Below are positions 39,164 through 48,068 of a stretch of 64,000 nucleotides of DNA, piece after piece. The position numbers were made by a program, and so were the translations under genes. The notes under the pieces are model-generated. The model was not told the origin of the DNA. It made no database searches and was given only the letters and a program-made list of their open reading frames with translations. Each line of letters opens with the position of its first letter. The stretch's first letter is position 1. Source of the stretch: Deltaproteobacteria bacterium (lineage in GTDB: Bacteria > Myxococcota_A > UBA9160 > SMWR01); contig JANNIY010000151.1 of the NCBI GenBank assembly GCA_031405455.1, positions 440 through 64,439 of the forward strand, given 5' to 3'.

Positions 39164-39183
39164 GAAAATGAACTCGAAGTTCA
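39164..39183. promoter_or_regulatory. Candidate iron-regulator (Fur-like) box upstream of bfr: GAAAATGAACTCGAAGTTCA
   Basis: It lies 66-85 nt upstream of the bfr ATG. It contains a perfect TGAACT-N3-AGTTCA inverted repeat and is 17/20 identical to the box upstream of bfd. Confidence 0.4.
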
Positions 39184-39209
39184 GCGGGACTCGCGCGCTG
39201 CGCGGCGCG

Positions 39210-39425
39210 TCAGCCCGCGGTGGCGAGGTCGGGCAGGCTTTGCAGCGCCGGGGCGGCAGCCTGCTCGAGTTCGCTACGCAGGATCTTGTCGATGGCGAGC
39301 GTGCAGCCGCCGCAGCTGCGGCCGGCGGAACACGCGCGTGCGATGGAGCGACGGCAGTGGGCGCCTTCGCGAATGGCGCTGCGGATCGTGCGCTCGGAGA
39401 CGGCCTGGCAGTGGCAGACGATCAC
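39210..39425 (-). CDS. bfd: Bacterioferritin-associated ferredoxin ((2Fe-2S)-binding, BFD-like)
   Basis: A 71-aa ORF starting MIVCHCQAVSERTIRSAI with the Cys pattern C-x-C...C-x2-C. Confidence 0.9.
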   Translation of the reverse strand: MIVCHCQAVSERTIRSAIREGAHCRRSIARACSAGRSCGGCTLAIDKILRSELEQAAAPALQSLPDLATAG

Positions 39426-39495
39426 TTTCCGGCTCCTTCGAGCACGCGCCGGCCCCGCTGGCCAGGCTGCGACTGTGCGCCGATTCTACTCATCT

Positions 39496-39519
39496 GAAAA
39501 TGAAGTTCAAGTTCATTTT
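39496..39519. promoter_or_regulatory. Candidate iron-regulator (Fur-like) box upstream of bfd: GAAAATGAAGTTCAAGTTCATTTT
   Basis: It lies 71-94 nt upstream of the bfd ATG. It contains an AAAATGAA-N8-TTCATTTT inverted repeat and reads as hexamers GAAAAT GAAGTT CAAGTT CATTTT. It matches the E. coli Fur consensus at about 11 of 19 positions. Confidence 0.45.
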
Positions 39520-39693
39520 GAGGGTCGGGGCGCGGCCGAAAGCGCTTCTGGCCGCGAGTTATTCCCGTAAGTAATCGTTATTAAAGTCATTTCTTGATTT
39601 TCCGTAAATTTTCGAGCCGTGCCTCGAGACGTGACCGGCGCTGACGCGCTGGCCCCGTAGAATGCCTCCGACCCGACAGGTGGGGGAGGCGAC

Positions 39694-42600
39694 GTGGTCG
39701 AGACCGTCGAGGAGAGCGCCGATCTGGCCGTCGCCGTGATGACGGCGCGGGGCCCGCGCGCGGTCGAGGCGCAGCTTCTCGAGCGGGTCGCCTGGCACGT
39801 CGCCGAGGCGCGCGGCGACGCGCGCCGTCTCGCGCTTCCGATCCGGATCATCGTTCCATCGCGCAGCCTCGCGGATCACGTCGGCGAGCGCCTCGTGACA
39901 CACGCCGGACATTCGCTGGCGGGCGTCCTCGTGCAGACGCTCCACGCGCTCGCGCTCGAATTGCTCGAACGCGTCGGCGAGCCCTTGCCCGCCGACGACG
40001 CGTTCTTCCCCGTGCTCGTGCGCCGGCTCGCAGCCGGCGAGCCGCTCTTGCGCGATGCCCTCGCCGGGCTCGTCGATGGCTACGCCGGGATCGAGGCGGC
40101 GGTCGCGGACCTGCTCGACGCGGGCTTCGACGCGGGCAGCGCGGAGGCGGTGATCGACGCGCTCGCCGCCGCACCCGGCGACACGGCGGCGCTGGCGCGC
40201 GCACTCGCCGTGGCGCGCGTGGCGCAGCGCTGTCTCGCGGCGCTGGCGGATGTGGGCGTGGGACATCGCGCGCTGCTGTTGGGAGCGGCGCGCGATGCGC
40301 TGCTGCGCGATCCCGACGCAGCGCTCCCCGCGCGCGCGGTTCTCATCCACGGCTTTGCCGATGCCACGGGCCTGCGTGCGGAGCTGATCGAGGCGCTCGC
40401 CCGCTATCGCCGCGCCACGGTTTTCATGGACGAACCGCCGGATCCCGCCAGGCCCGGCGAGCCCGATGCCGGGCGCCGCTTCACCGAGCGCCTGCGCGCG
40501 CGCCTGCTCGGCGTGGCGGCGGAGCGTGTCATCACAGCCGGCACGGCGCCCGCGAGCGAGATCGCGTGGGTCGAGGCCGTGAATCCCGACGCCGAAGTGC
40601 GCGAAGTGGCGACGCGTGTGCGCACGGCGCTCGCGAGCGGCATGCCGCCAGAGCGCATCGGCGTGGTGGCGCGCGAGCTCTCGGGCTATCGCAGCGCGTT
40701 GCGCCTGCATTTCCGCCGACTCGGGATTCCCTTCTCCGGAGACAGCCCCGGTGGCGTCGGTCCGCTCGCGCGGCGCGCGGGAGCGCTCGACGCGCTGTTG
40801 CGCGAAGGGGTGCTTTGCCGCGCCGATCGCTGGCTCGCTGCGTCGGCGGCGCCCGCAAAGGCGCAGGCCGTGAACGAGGTGCGGGTTGCGCTGCGCCGTG
40901 GCGGCCTGCTGCGCCTGCGGGATCTCGCCAACCACGAGCCCGAGCGAGGGGAGCTTCGCGACAGCGTAACGGCGGCGCGCGCGACGCGTGCGGCCCTCGA
41001 GCGCATGGCCGACACGCGGGATGGGCGCGAGTCGTTCGCCGCGCTCGAGGCTCTGCTGCAAGCCGGCCTCGGTTGGCAGCCGGAGTCCGAAGAGCTCGCG
41101 CCGCTATGGCGCGAGATCGAAAGCCTGCGGGCGGCGCTGCCTCCCGAGTTCCCGTTGGCGATCGACGATCTCGCGCTGCTGCTGCGCCGCCGCTTCGCAC
41201 GGGTGCTCGCCGAGCCGCTCGGCGGCGGCGGCGGCGGCGTGCAGGTTCTCGATGCGACGCAGGCGCGCGCCCGGACTTTCGATGCGCTCTTCCTGCTGGG
41301 GCTGTCGCGCGACGTCTTCCCGCGCAGTGTGCGCGAAGAATCGCTGCTCCCGGATTTCGTGCGCGAGAGCCTGCGGGCCATTCTTCCGGACGTTCCGCTC
41401 AAGCTGCGCGGCCACGATGAAGAGCGTTTCCTGTTCGCCCAGCTCGTCGCTGCGAGCCCGCGTGTGACGCTGTGCTGGCCGATCGCGACGGACGACGGGC
41501 GTCCCCGCTCGCGTTCGAGCTTCGTCGAGCGTCTGCGCTGGGGCGCCGCGCCGTTCGAGCCGGTGCGCGCGCTTTCGATCCTGGCGTTGCCGGATGCGTC
41601 GACACCGAAGGCCGAGATTCCCGTTCGTTGTCTGAGCGAGCACGCGCTCGTCGCCGCCCTGCAGGCTTCGCCTCGCCGGTTGGCGCAGGTGCTGCCGCTC
41701 GCGTTGCGAGAGATCCCGCTCCGCGTGGCCAGCGCCGATCCGAAAGCCCTGGCCGAAGCGCGCTTGCAAGTGCTTCGCGAGGTGGAATCCGGAGGGTCTC
41801 CGGTCCCGCGGCTGGGTCCGTATTTCGGCTTCGTGGGCGCCGCCCGCACGTCCACCGATCCGCGCGCGCGCCCGCTCTACATCACGAGTCTTGAGAAGCT
41901 GGCGCGCTGTGGCTGGCAGACCTTCGTGGAAAGGCTGCTCGCAATCAAACCGCAACCGGATTCACAGCGGATGTTGCCGGGTAGCGACGCGCGCCTGCTC
42001 GGCACGACGGTGCACGGCGTGCTCGCTGCGCTGGTTCCCGATGCTTGCGATCCGACGGTCGGTGTCACCCTCTCCTGGCCCGACAGGGCGGGGCTCGAAG
42101 CGCTCGCGCGCGCGCAAGCCGCCCGCGTGCTCGCTGACGAGAAGGTCTTCCTGCCCGGGCTCGCGCGCGTCCTCGCGCTGCAGGCGCTGCCACTGCTCGA
42201 ACGCGCGCGCGAGCTCGACGCGCTCGCAGGCGATCAGCTGCGCGTCACGGGAGCGGAGAGCCTGCGCTCGGCCACGATCGTGGATTCGCAGGGACGCGCG
42301 CGCGAGCTGCACTTCCGCGTGGATCGCAGCGAACGGCTCGACGGCGTCGAGCGGCTGACCGATTTCAAGACCGGCCGAGCGCTGTCGACGGCCGTCAAGG
42401 CGGAGACGCGCGCGCGGCGCTTTCGCAGCGCGGTGGCGAGCGGAACGGCGCTTCAGCCCGTCGCCTATGCGCTCGCGGCCGGGGATGAAGGCTCGGGGCG
42501 GCTTCTCTATCTGGATCCCGATCTCGCTCCGGACGGCGAGGCTGCAAATTTCATTGCGCGGCGCGCAGACCCGGAGCTCGCGAGCGCCTTCGAAACCGCG

Positions 42601-42858
42601 GTGCATGCGCTGCTCGGCGCCTGGGACGCCGGCAGTTTCGGGCCGCGGCTGGTGAAGCCAGATTCGGAGGAAGCGGCGGACGTGTGCGAGCGCTGCGAGG
42701 TTGCGCAGGCGTGCCTGCAAGGTGACACTGGATCGCGTCAGCGCCTGGCCGCCTGGCTCGCGGAAACGGGCGAAGGGCTTTCCGCTGGCGAGCAGGCGCT
42801 GCGTGCGTCCCTGAGCCTGGGTGCCAGCGCGGCGAAGCCCGCCGCGGAGGCCGAATGA
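39694..42858 (+). CDS. addB: AddB-type helicase-nuclease subunit (PD-(D/E)XK nuclease with Fe-S staple; inactive helicase-like N-terminus)
   Basis: A 1054-aa ORF with a GTG start and GGGGGAGG upstream. The C-terminus has DFK (LTDFKTGRA) and the Cys pattern C...C-x2-C-x5-C (LARCGW...CERCEVAQAC). No intact Walker A is present. It has an ATGA overlap with addA. Confidence 0.85.
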   Translation: MVETVEESADLAVAVMTARGPRAVEAQLLERVAWHVAEARGDARRLALPIRIIVPSRSLADHVGERLVTHAGHSLAGVLVQTLHALALELLERVGEPLPADDAFFPVLVRRLAAGEPLLRDALAGLVDGYAGIEAAVADLLDAGFDAGSAEAVIDALAAAPGDTAALARALAVARVAQRCLAALADVGVGHRALLLGAARDALLRDPDAALPARAVLIHGFADATGLRAELIEALARYRRATVFMDEPPDPARPGEPDAGRRFTERLRARLLGVAAERVITAGTAPASEIAWVEAVNPDAEVREVATRVRTALASGMPPERIGVVARELSGYRSALRLHFRRLGIPFSGDSPGGVGPLARRAGALDALLREGVLCRADRWLAASAAPAKAQAVNEVRVALRRGGLLRLRDLANHEPERGELRDSVTAARATRAALERMADTRDGRESFAALEALLQAGLGWQPESEELAPLWREIESLRAALPPEFPLAIDDLALLLRRRFARVLAEPLGGGGGGVQVLDATQARARTFDALFLLGLSRDVFPRSVREESLLPDFVRESLRAILPDVPLKLRGHDEERFLFAQLVAASPRVTLCWPIATDDGRPRSRSSFVERLRWGAAPFEPVRALSILALPDASTPKAEIPVRCLSEHALVAALQASPRRLAQVLPLALREIPLRVASADPKALAEARLQVLREVESGGSPVPRLGPYFGFVGAARTSTDPRARPLYITSLEKLARCGWQTFVERLLAIKPQPDSQRMLPGSDARLLGTTVHGVLAALVPDACDPTVGVTLSWPDRAGLEALARAQAARVLADEKVFLPGLARVLALQALPLLERARELDALAGDQLRVTGAESLRSATIVDSQGRARELHFRVDRSERLDGVERLTDFKTGRALSTAVKAETRARRFRSAVASGTALQPVAYALAAGDEGSGRLLYLDPDLAPDGEAANFIARRADPELASAFETAVHALLGAWDAGSFGPRLVKPDSEEAADVCERCEVAQACLQGDTGSRQRLAAWLAETGEGLSAGEQALRASLSLGASAAKPAAEAE

Positions 42859-45800
42859 GCACGGCGCTCACGAGTGAAGCGCTTCGCGAGCGTGACGCCG
42901 GCGTCTGGGAACGCGCGTTGCGTGTCTTCGATCGACCGTTCGTGGTGGAGGCGGGCGCGGGCACCGGCAAGACGACGCTGCTCGTGGCCCGCTGCCTCGC
43001 CTGGACGCTCGGTGAGGGCTGGGATCTCGCAGTCCGGCGGTTGCCCGAAGCCGCCGATGACCGCATCGCAGCAGAAGTGCTCTCGCGCGTTGCCGCGCTC
43101 ACCTTCACCGAGGCCGCGGCATCCGAAATGGCGGAGCGGGTGGGGGTCGCCCTCGCGGCGGTCGTCGATGGCCGCTGGCCCGATGGGATCGACGCCGGAG
43201 CGCTGCCGGAATCCGGAGCGCTCCGATCCGCACGCGCCAGCGCGCTGCTCGGCGCGCTCGACCGGCTGCTCGTGCGGACGATCCACGCCTTTTGTCGCCG
43301 GCTGCTCGCGCAGTACGCGATCGAAGCCGGGCTGCACCCGGATTTCGAGGTCGACGCGGATGAACGCGGCTGCCAGACGGCTGCGCATGCCGCAGTCGAG
43401 GCCGCGGTGGCCGTGGGCTACGGCGATCCGGGCGATCCGGATCTGCTCGCGCTCGCGCTCGACGGCTTCGGGCCGCCCGAACTCGAGGAGGCGCTCGCGG
43501 CGCTGCTCGCCTCGGGGCTCGCTCCGGCTGCGCTCACGGCCGATCCGTTCGGCGCGAAGGCGATCCGCGCCTGGCTCGCCGAGCTGGACGCTTTATTGCG
43601 TCGATTCGATGCTGCCGCGGGCGAACGCCTCGCGACGACCGCAAAGAGATCCGCGCGGACGCATGAGACGCTCGCCGCGCTCGCGGCGACGGCGCGGCTC
43701 GTGGCAGCTGGAGCGGAGGACGTCGAAGCGCTCGAGAGCCTCGCGGCGGATCTGCGCGACGTGTGGAACCCGAAGGTCTTCGCTCGGCTGGCTCAGTGGA
43801 GCCGCGAAGACTATGGAGCCTCGGAGCAAACCGCGCTCGGCGAAGCCGGTGCGAGCGCCGCGCAGGCCGCGAGTGCGCTTCGCGGCGCGCTCCAGCATGC
43901 GACGCAGCTTCAGCCCAGGCGTCTCGATCACGCGCGTCGCGTGCTCGGGCCCCTGCTGGCGACCGCCCGCGAGCGCATGCGGGTGCGCGGCGAAGTCGGC
44001 TACATGGAACTCCTGCGCGGTGCGCGCGATTTGCTGCGCGATCACCCGGACGTGCGCACGCGCGTGCGCGGCGGGCTCGATCAGCTGCTGATCGACGAGT
44101 TCCAGGATACGGACCGCGTGCAGTGCGAGATCCTGCGCTGGCTCGCGCTCGCTGGACCCGGCCCCGAACGTCCGGGCCTCTTCCTGGTCGGCGATCCGAA
44201 GCAATCGATCTATGGCTGGCGCGAGGCCGATCTCGAGGCCTACGAGGAGTTCGTGCGCGAGGCGCTCGGCGCGGGCAATCCACCCGAGCGCCTCAGCGTG
44301 AATCGACGCTCGACGCCCCCCATCCTGGCCGAGGTCGCGCGCGTGATTGCGCCGGTGATGGTCGAGCGCGGCGGTCTGCAACCCGCATTCCAACCGCTGG
44401 TCGCGAGCGAGAAGCGCGAGGCGGAGCCCGGCTATGCGAGCGAGGGGCGAGCCGCCGTCGAGCATTGGATCTCCTGGCTCTGGGACGAGGAGGGCGGCAC
44501 GGCCCGGAGTCCGCTGGCGCGCGATGCCGCGCGTCTCGAGGCGCGGGCGGTGGCGCAGGATCTCGCCAGGCTCCGGAGCAGCGAGTCGCTCGCGTGGCGC
44601 GATGCGGGTGTGCTCGTGCGTTCGCGCGGCGATCTCGAGGTCTATCTGCAAGCGCTGCGCGCGGCGGGCGTCCCCTATGCCGTCGAGCGTGATCGCAGCT
44701 ACTACCGACGTCGTGAGGTGATCGATGCGAGCGCGCTCGTGAGCTGCGTGCTCGATCCGGCCGATACCCTCGCCCTGCTCACCTGGTTGCGGTCGCCTTC
44801 GGTCGGCGTGCCCGACGCGGCGCTGCTGCCGCTCTGGGCGTGCCAGTTCCCCGCGCTGGTGTCGGCACTCACGAGCGAGGAGCCGGAGCCGCTCGCCGCA
44901 CTCGACCGTGCGATCGACGCGGCCCTGGCGCTGCTGCCGAGCGACGTCCCGGGGCTCGATCGTATCGCTGGCTGGGAGCGCGCCTTGCGTTTCGCGCTCG
45001 CGGGGCTGGCCGCGTTGCGCGCGAGTTTCACGGTCGACGCGGCCGATGAATTCGTCGAGAAGCTCCGCTCGCTCACGCTCATCGAGGTGACCGAGTCGGC
45101 GCGCTATCTGGGCGCCTACCGACTCGCGAATCTCGAGCGTTTCTTCCGGGATCTGCGCGCGGATCTCGAAGCCGAGGACGTCGACGTGCAGGCGCTGCTG
45201 CGCCGCTTGCGCAGCGACGTCGTCAGCGCGCGCGCCGCCGAGGATGCGCGCCCGCGCGAAGCCGCCGAGGACGCCGTGCGCGTGATGACGATCCACCAGG
45301 CGAAGGGGCTCGAGTTCCGACACTGCTATCTGGTGCAGCTCCACAAGTCCCCGCCCGGTTCGGTCGCGCAGCCTGCTTTCGAGGCGCGGGAGATCGACGG
45401 CGTGCTCGAGTATCGCGTCTGCGGCGCCGCGACCCTCGGCTTTGCACGTCTGGCAGCCTACCGAGATCGCGTCGGCGCGGCGGAACGGGTGCGCTCGCTC
45501 TACGTCGCCATGACGCGCGCGCGCGATCGTCTGGTCTTGCTGGGAAATTGGGGGGATGAGGGGTCCGAGCTCACGCCCCCGGAGCAGGCCACCACCTACA
45601 CGCAGCTCGTGGCGGCGCGAAGCGGCGAGCGTCCCGAACTCGCGGCCGCGATGCAGCGCGCGCGGCGCGAGGGGCGCGACGGCGAGCGGGGCGGCGATGG
45701 GGTGCGCTGGGCATTCCCGGCGCTGCGGAGTGAACCGGAAGCCGCAGCGTCCGGCCCGCGAGCGGCTGCGTCTCTTCCGAGTGTCGCTGTGCTCGAGGCG

Positions 45801-46499
45801 GAAGCGGCGCGCCTGGCGGAATGGCGCGCGGCGGCTTCTCGGCGGATGGCGCGTCCGTTTCGCGCGGCGGCTTCGGCGGATTCACACGCGGGCGCGCGCG
45901 AAGAGGACGCGGAGCGCCGCTATGCGGGTTCCGACGCTTCCAGATCCGGGAACCCGGGCGGTCTCGACGCCGAAATCGCGAAGGCGGCCGGGACGGCGGT
46001 GCACCGAGTGCTCGAGTCGTTGCGGTTCGGCGACGACTGGCGCGAGGATCTGGCCGCACACTTCACGCGGCTCCCCGCGCTGCTCGAGCGTCTCGCTCCG
46101 CCGCCGGCGCGTCCGGCCGCGCTCGAGCGCGCGAGGTCGCTGCTCGAGCGCCTCGCGCAGGGGCCGCTGGCCGCGCGGTTCGCCGGTTTGTGCGACAGCG
46201 TGATCGCGCGCGAGCTTCCGGTCTTGCTTCCGGCGGAACCCGCCGGGGAGGGCCCGGTTGGATTCGTCGCCGGCGCCATCGATCTGCTGTATCGGGATGC
46301 TGCGACGAGTGAACTCGTGATCGTCGACTACAAGACCGACCGCGTCGAGGCTGACGCCAGACTCGCGGAGTACGCACGGCGTTATGCCGGTCAGGCGGCG
46401 CACTACCGGCGCGCGATCCAGGAAGCGCTCGCGCTCGCATCTCCACCGCGCTTCGAACTGTGGTTCTTGCACGCAGGCGCGGTCGTGCGCATCGCTTGA
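42855..46499 (+). CDS. addA: AddA-type UvrD/Rep-family helicase-nuclease subunit
   Basis: A 1214-aa ORF with Walker A (AGAGTGKTT), DEFQDT, SF1 motifs and a C-terminal RecB-type nuclease (IDLLYRD...VIVDYKTD). Confidence 0.9.
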   Translation: MSTALTSEALRERDAGVWERALRVFDRPFVVEAGAGTGKTTLLVARCLAWTLGEGWDLAVRRLPEAADDRIAAEVLSRVAALTFTEAAASEMAERVGVALAAVVDGRWPDGIDAGALPESGALRSARASALLGALDRLLVRTIHAFCRRLLAQYAIEAGLHPDFEVDADERGCQTAAHAAVEAAVAVGYGDPGDPDLLALALDGFGPPELEEALAALLASGLAPAALTADPFGAKAIRAWLAELDALLRRFDAAAGERLATTAKRSARTHETLAALAATARLVAAGAEDVEALESLAADLRDVWNPKVFARLAQWSREDYGASEQTALGEAGASAAQAASALRGALQHATQLQPRRLDHARRVLGPLLATARERMRVRGEVGYMELLRGARDLLRDHPDVRTRVRGGLDQLLIDEFQDTDRVQCEILRWLALAGPGPERPGLFLVGDPKQSIYGWREADLEAYEEFVREALGAGNPPERLSVNRRSTPPILAEVARVIAPVMVERGGLQPAFQPLVASEKREAEPGYASEGRAAVEHWISWLWDEEGGTARSPLARDAARLEARAVAQDLARLRSSESLAWRDAGVLVRSRGDLEVYLQALRAAGVPYAVERDRSYYRRREVIDASALVSCVLDPADTLALLTWLRSPSVGVPDAALLPLWACQFPALVSALTSEEPEPLAALDRAIDAALALLPSDVPGLDRIAGWERALRFALAGLAALRASFTVDAADEFVEKLRSLTLIEVTESARYLGAYRLANLERFFRDLRADLEAEDVDVQALLRRLRSDVVSARAAEDARPREAAEDAVRVMTIHQAKGLEFRHCYLVQLHKSPPGSVAQPAFEAREIDGVLEYRVCGAATLGFARLAAYRDRVGAAERVRSLYVAMTRARDRLVLLGNWGDEGSELTPPEQATTYTQLVAARSGERPELAAAMQRARREGRDGERGGDGVRWAFPALRSEPEAAASGPRAAASLPSVAVLEAEAARLAEWRAAASRRMARPFRAAASADSHAGAREEDAERRYAGSDASRSGNPGGLDAEIAKAAGTAVHRVLESLRFGDDWREDLAAHFTRLPALLERLAPPPARPAALERARSLLERLAQGPLAARFAGLCDSVIARELPVLLPAEPAGEGPVGFVAGAIDLLYRDAATSELVIVDYKTDRVEADARLAEYARRYAGQAAHYRRAIQEALALASPPRFELWFLHAGAVVRIA

Positions 46500-46533
46500 G
46501 GTGCACGCGGATTCGAAATCGAAAGCGAAAGCG

Positions 46534-47112
46534 CTAGCGCGAAGTCCGGAGCGCGTACTCGCGCAGCGCGCGCGCGTCGGTGAACGTGAGTTCGACGTGC
46601 CCGAGCCGTACGTTGTCGCCGGGCTTGAGACGTCGCGACGGTCCCGCGCCGCTGGTCAGCACCGATTCAGCGTTCACGGTGGTGCCGTTGGTCGAGCCGG
46701 CATCCTGAAGCAGGAGCGCGCCGTCCGGGCCCGGCTTGGCGAAGGCGTGAAAACGCGAAACGCTCATGTCCGGAATCACGACGTCCTGACGCGGCTCGCG
46801 GCCGAGCGTGATCATGTTCCCCTTGGCAGCGTCCTTGGGCCGCATCGGAAACACCACCACCGCGAGGTTCGCCGTGCGCCCGGCCGGCTCGTCATCGTCC
46901 CCATCGAGCAGCAGCTTGGTGCTGTTCGTGCTCTCGGGACCGTCGAGGCGCTTGGCCGTGAACAGCAGAAAGCCGTTGCCGTGCTTTTCCGCGAACGCGT
47001 CGGGCGAGAGCCCGCGCGCATCGCCAGCGAGGGTTTCGAGCGGAATCGCCGTTCCCAACGAGGCTTGCGCCCCACTCTTGCGTATCTCGCTGCCCGGGTG
47101 TCGCGTTTCCAT
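46534..47112 (-). CDS. FHA-domain protein
   Basis: A 192-aa ORF with a C-terminal FHA core (ITLGREPRQDVVIPDMSVSRFHA...DAGSTNGTTVN). Confidence 0.85.
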   Translation of the reverse strand: METRHPGSEIRKSGAQASLGTAIPLETLAGDARGLSPDAFAEKHGNGFLLFTAKRLDGPESTNSTKLLLDGDDDEPAGRTANLAVVVFPMRPKDAAKGNMITLGREPRQDVVIPDMSVSRFHAFAKPGPDGALLLQDAGSTNGTTVNAESVLTSGAGPSRRLKPGDNVRLGHVELTFTDARALREYALRTSR

Positions 47113-47213
47113 CTACGCTTTGAGTCGGCGAGCGGAGCCCGAGCTTGAGTTTGGCCGATAGCTTCAGGGGTCCGAAGCGATTCGAAGCGTCGTCGATGGG
47201 GGACGGGAGTCCA

Positions 47214-48059
47214 ATGCGGTCGATTGCCCTGGCCTTCCTGCTGGTTTTGGGGGTCGCGAGCGCCGCGTCGGCCGCCCCGCTCGCCATCACCAACCCGGGG
47301 TTCGAGGACCTCTACTTCGGGAGCAATCTCCCCGCCCAGTACGCGGGCAACGTGCCGCCGGGCGCGTTTCCGTTCGGCCCGCCGCCAGCGGGTTGGACCG
47401 CCTACTACGAGGGCGGGAGCCCCTTCGCCGGCCTCTCGATCGGCGTGATCAATCCAGGCACCCAGGCCGATTACGGCCCGGATCCCGCGGCGTTCCCGGC
47501 GGGTGCTCCCGAGGCTGAAAACGCGGTGCTCCTCTACATGGACGGCGACGCCGGCGGCAACGAGTTCGGCGTCGTGCAACAGCTCGCAGCCACGCTCGCG
47601 GCGAACACCCGCTACACGCTCTCGGTGGAAGTGGGCAACATCGCGAGCGGCTCGGCGCTGGTTCAGCCTTTCCTCGGCTTCGGGTTCTTCAATCTCGCTG
47701 GCTTTCCGGGTTACCGCCTCCAGCTTCTCGCCGCTGGGCAGGTGATCGCCGAGGACACGGGATCGATCCTGCCGGGCGAGGGTGTGTTCCAGCGGGCCAG
47801 CCTCCAGCTGACGACGGGTGATGCTCCGCCCCAGCTCGGACAGGCTCTCGGGATTCGGCTCGTCAATCGCAACGAAGCCGACGTGCCCGGCGTGCGGGGG
47901 CTGGAGGTCGACTTCGACGACGTCCAGCTGGATGCCGCGCCGGCTTTGCCGGCCGTGCCGCTGTCTGCGAGCACGGCCTGGCTGCTGGCGTTGACGCTGC
48001 TCGCAAGCGGATTCTGGATCGCACGCGCGCGACGCGTCAGCGGGTTGCTGCGGAGCTAG
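47214..48059 (+). CDS. Secreted protein with a PEP-CTERM/IPTL-CTERM-like C-terminal sorting signal
   Basis: From ORF 47145..48059(+). ATG 47214 has GGGAG upstream, followed by the signal peptide MRSIALAFLLVLGVASAASA. The C-terminus is AVPLSAS, a TM segment (TAWLLALTLLASGFWIA) and RARR. Confidence 0.75.
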   Translation: MRSIALAFLLVLGVASAASAAPLAITNPGFEDLYFGSNLPAQYAGNVPPGAFPFGPPPAGWTAYYEGGSPFAGLSIGVINPGTQADYGPDPAAFPAGAPEAENAVLLYMDGDAGGNEFGVVQQLAATLAANTRYTLSVEVGNIASGSALVQPFLGFGFFNLAGFPGYRLQLLAAGQVIAEDTGSILPGEGVFQRASLQLTTGDAPPQLGQALGIRLVNRNEADVPGVRGLEVDFDDVQLDAAPALPAVPLSASTAWLLALTLLASGFWIARARRVSGLLRS

Positions 48060-48068
48060 GCGCGCGGC

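Noticed and set aside
46513-46530. Three tandem hexamers TCGAAA-TCGAAA-GCGAAA between the convergent addA and FHA genes.
   Set aside because: The stretch is only 18 nt, has three imperfect copies and sits in a 34-nt convergent spacer. That is too little to call a repeat element or regulatory site.
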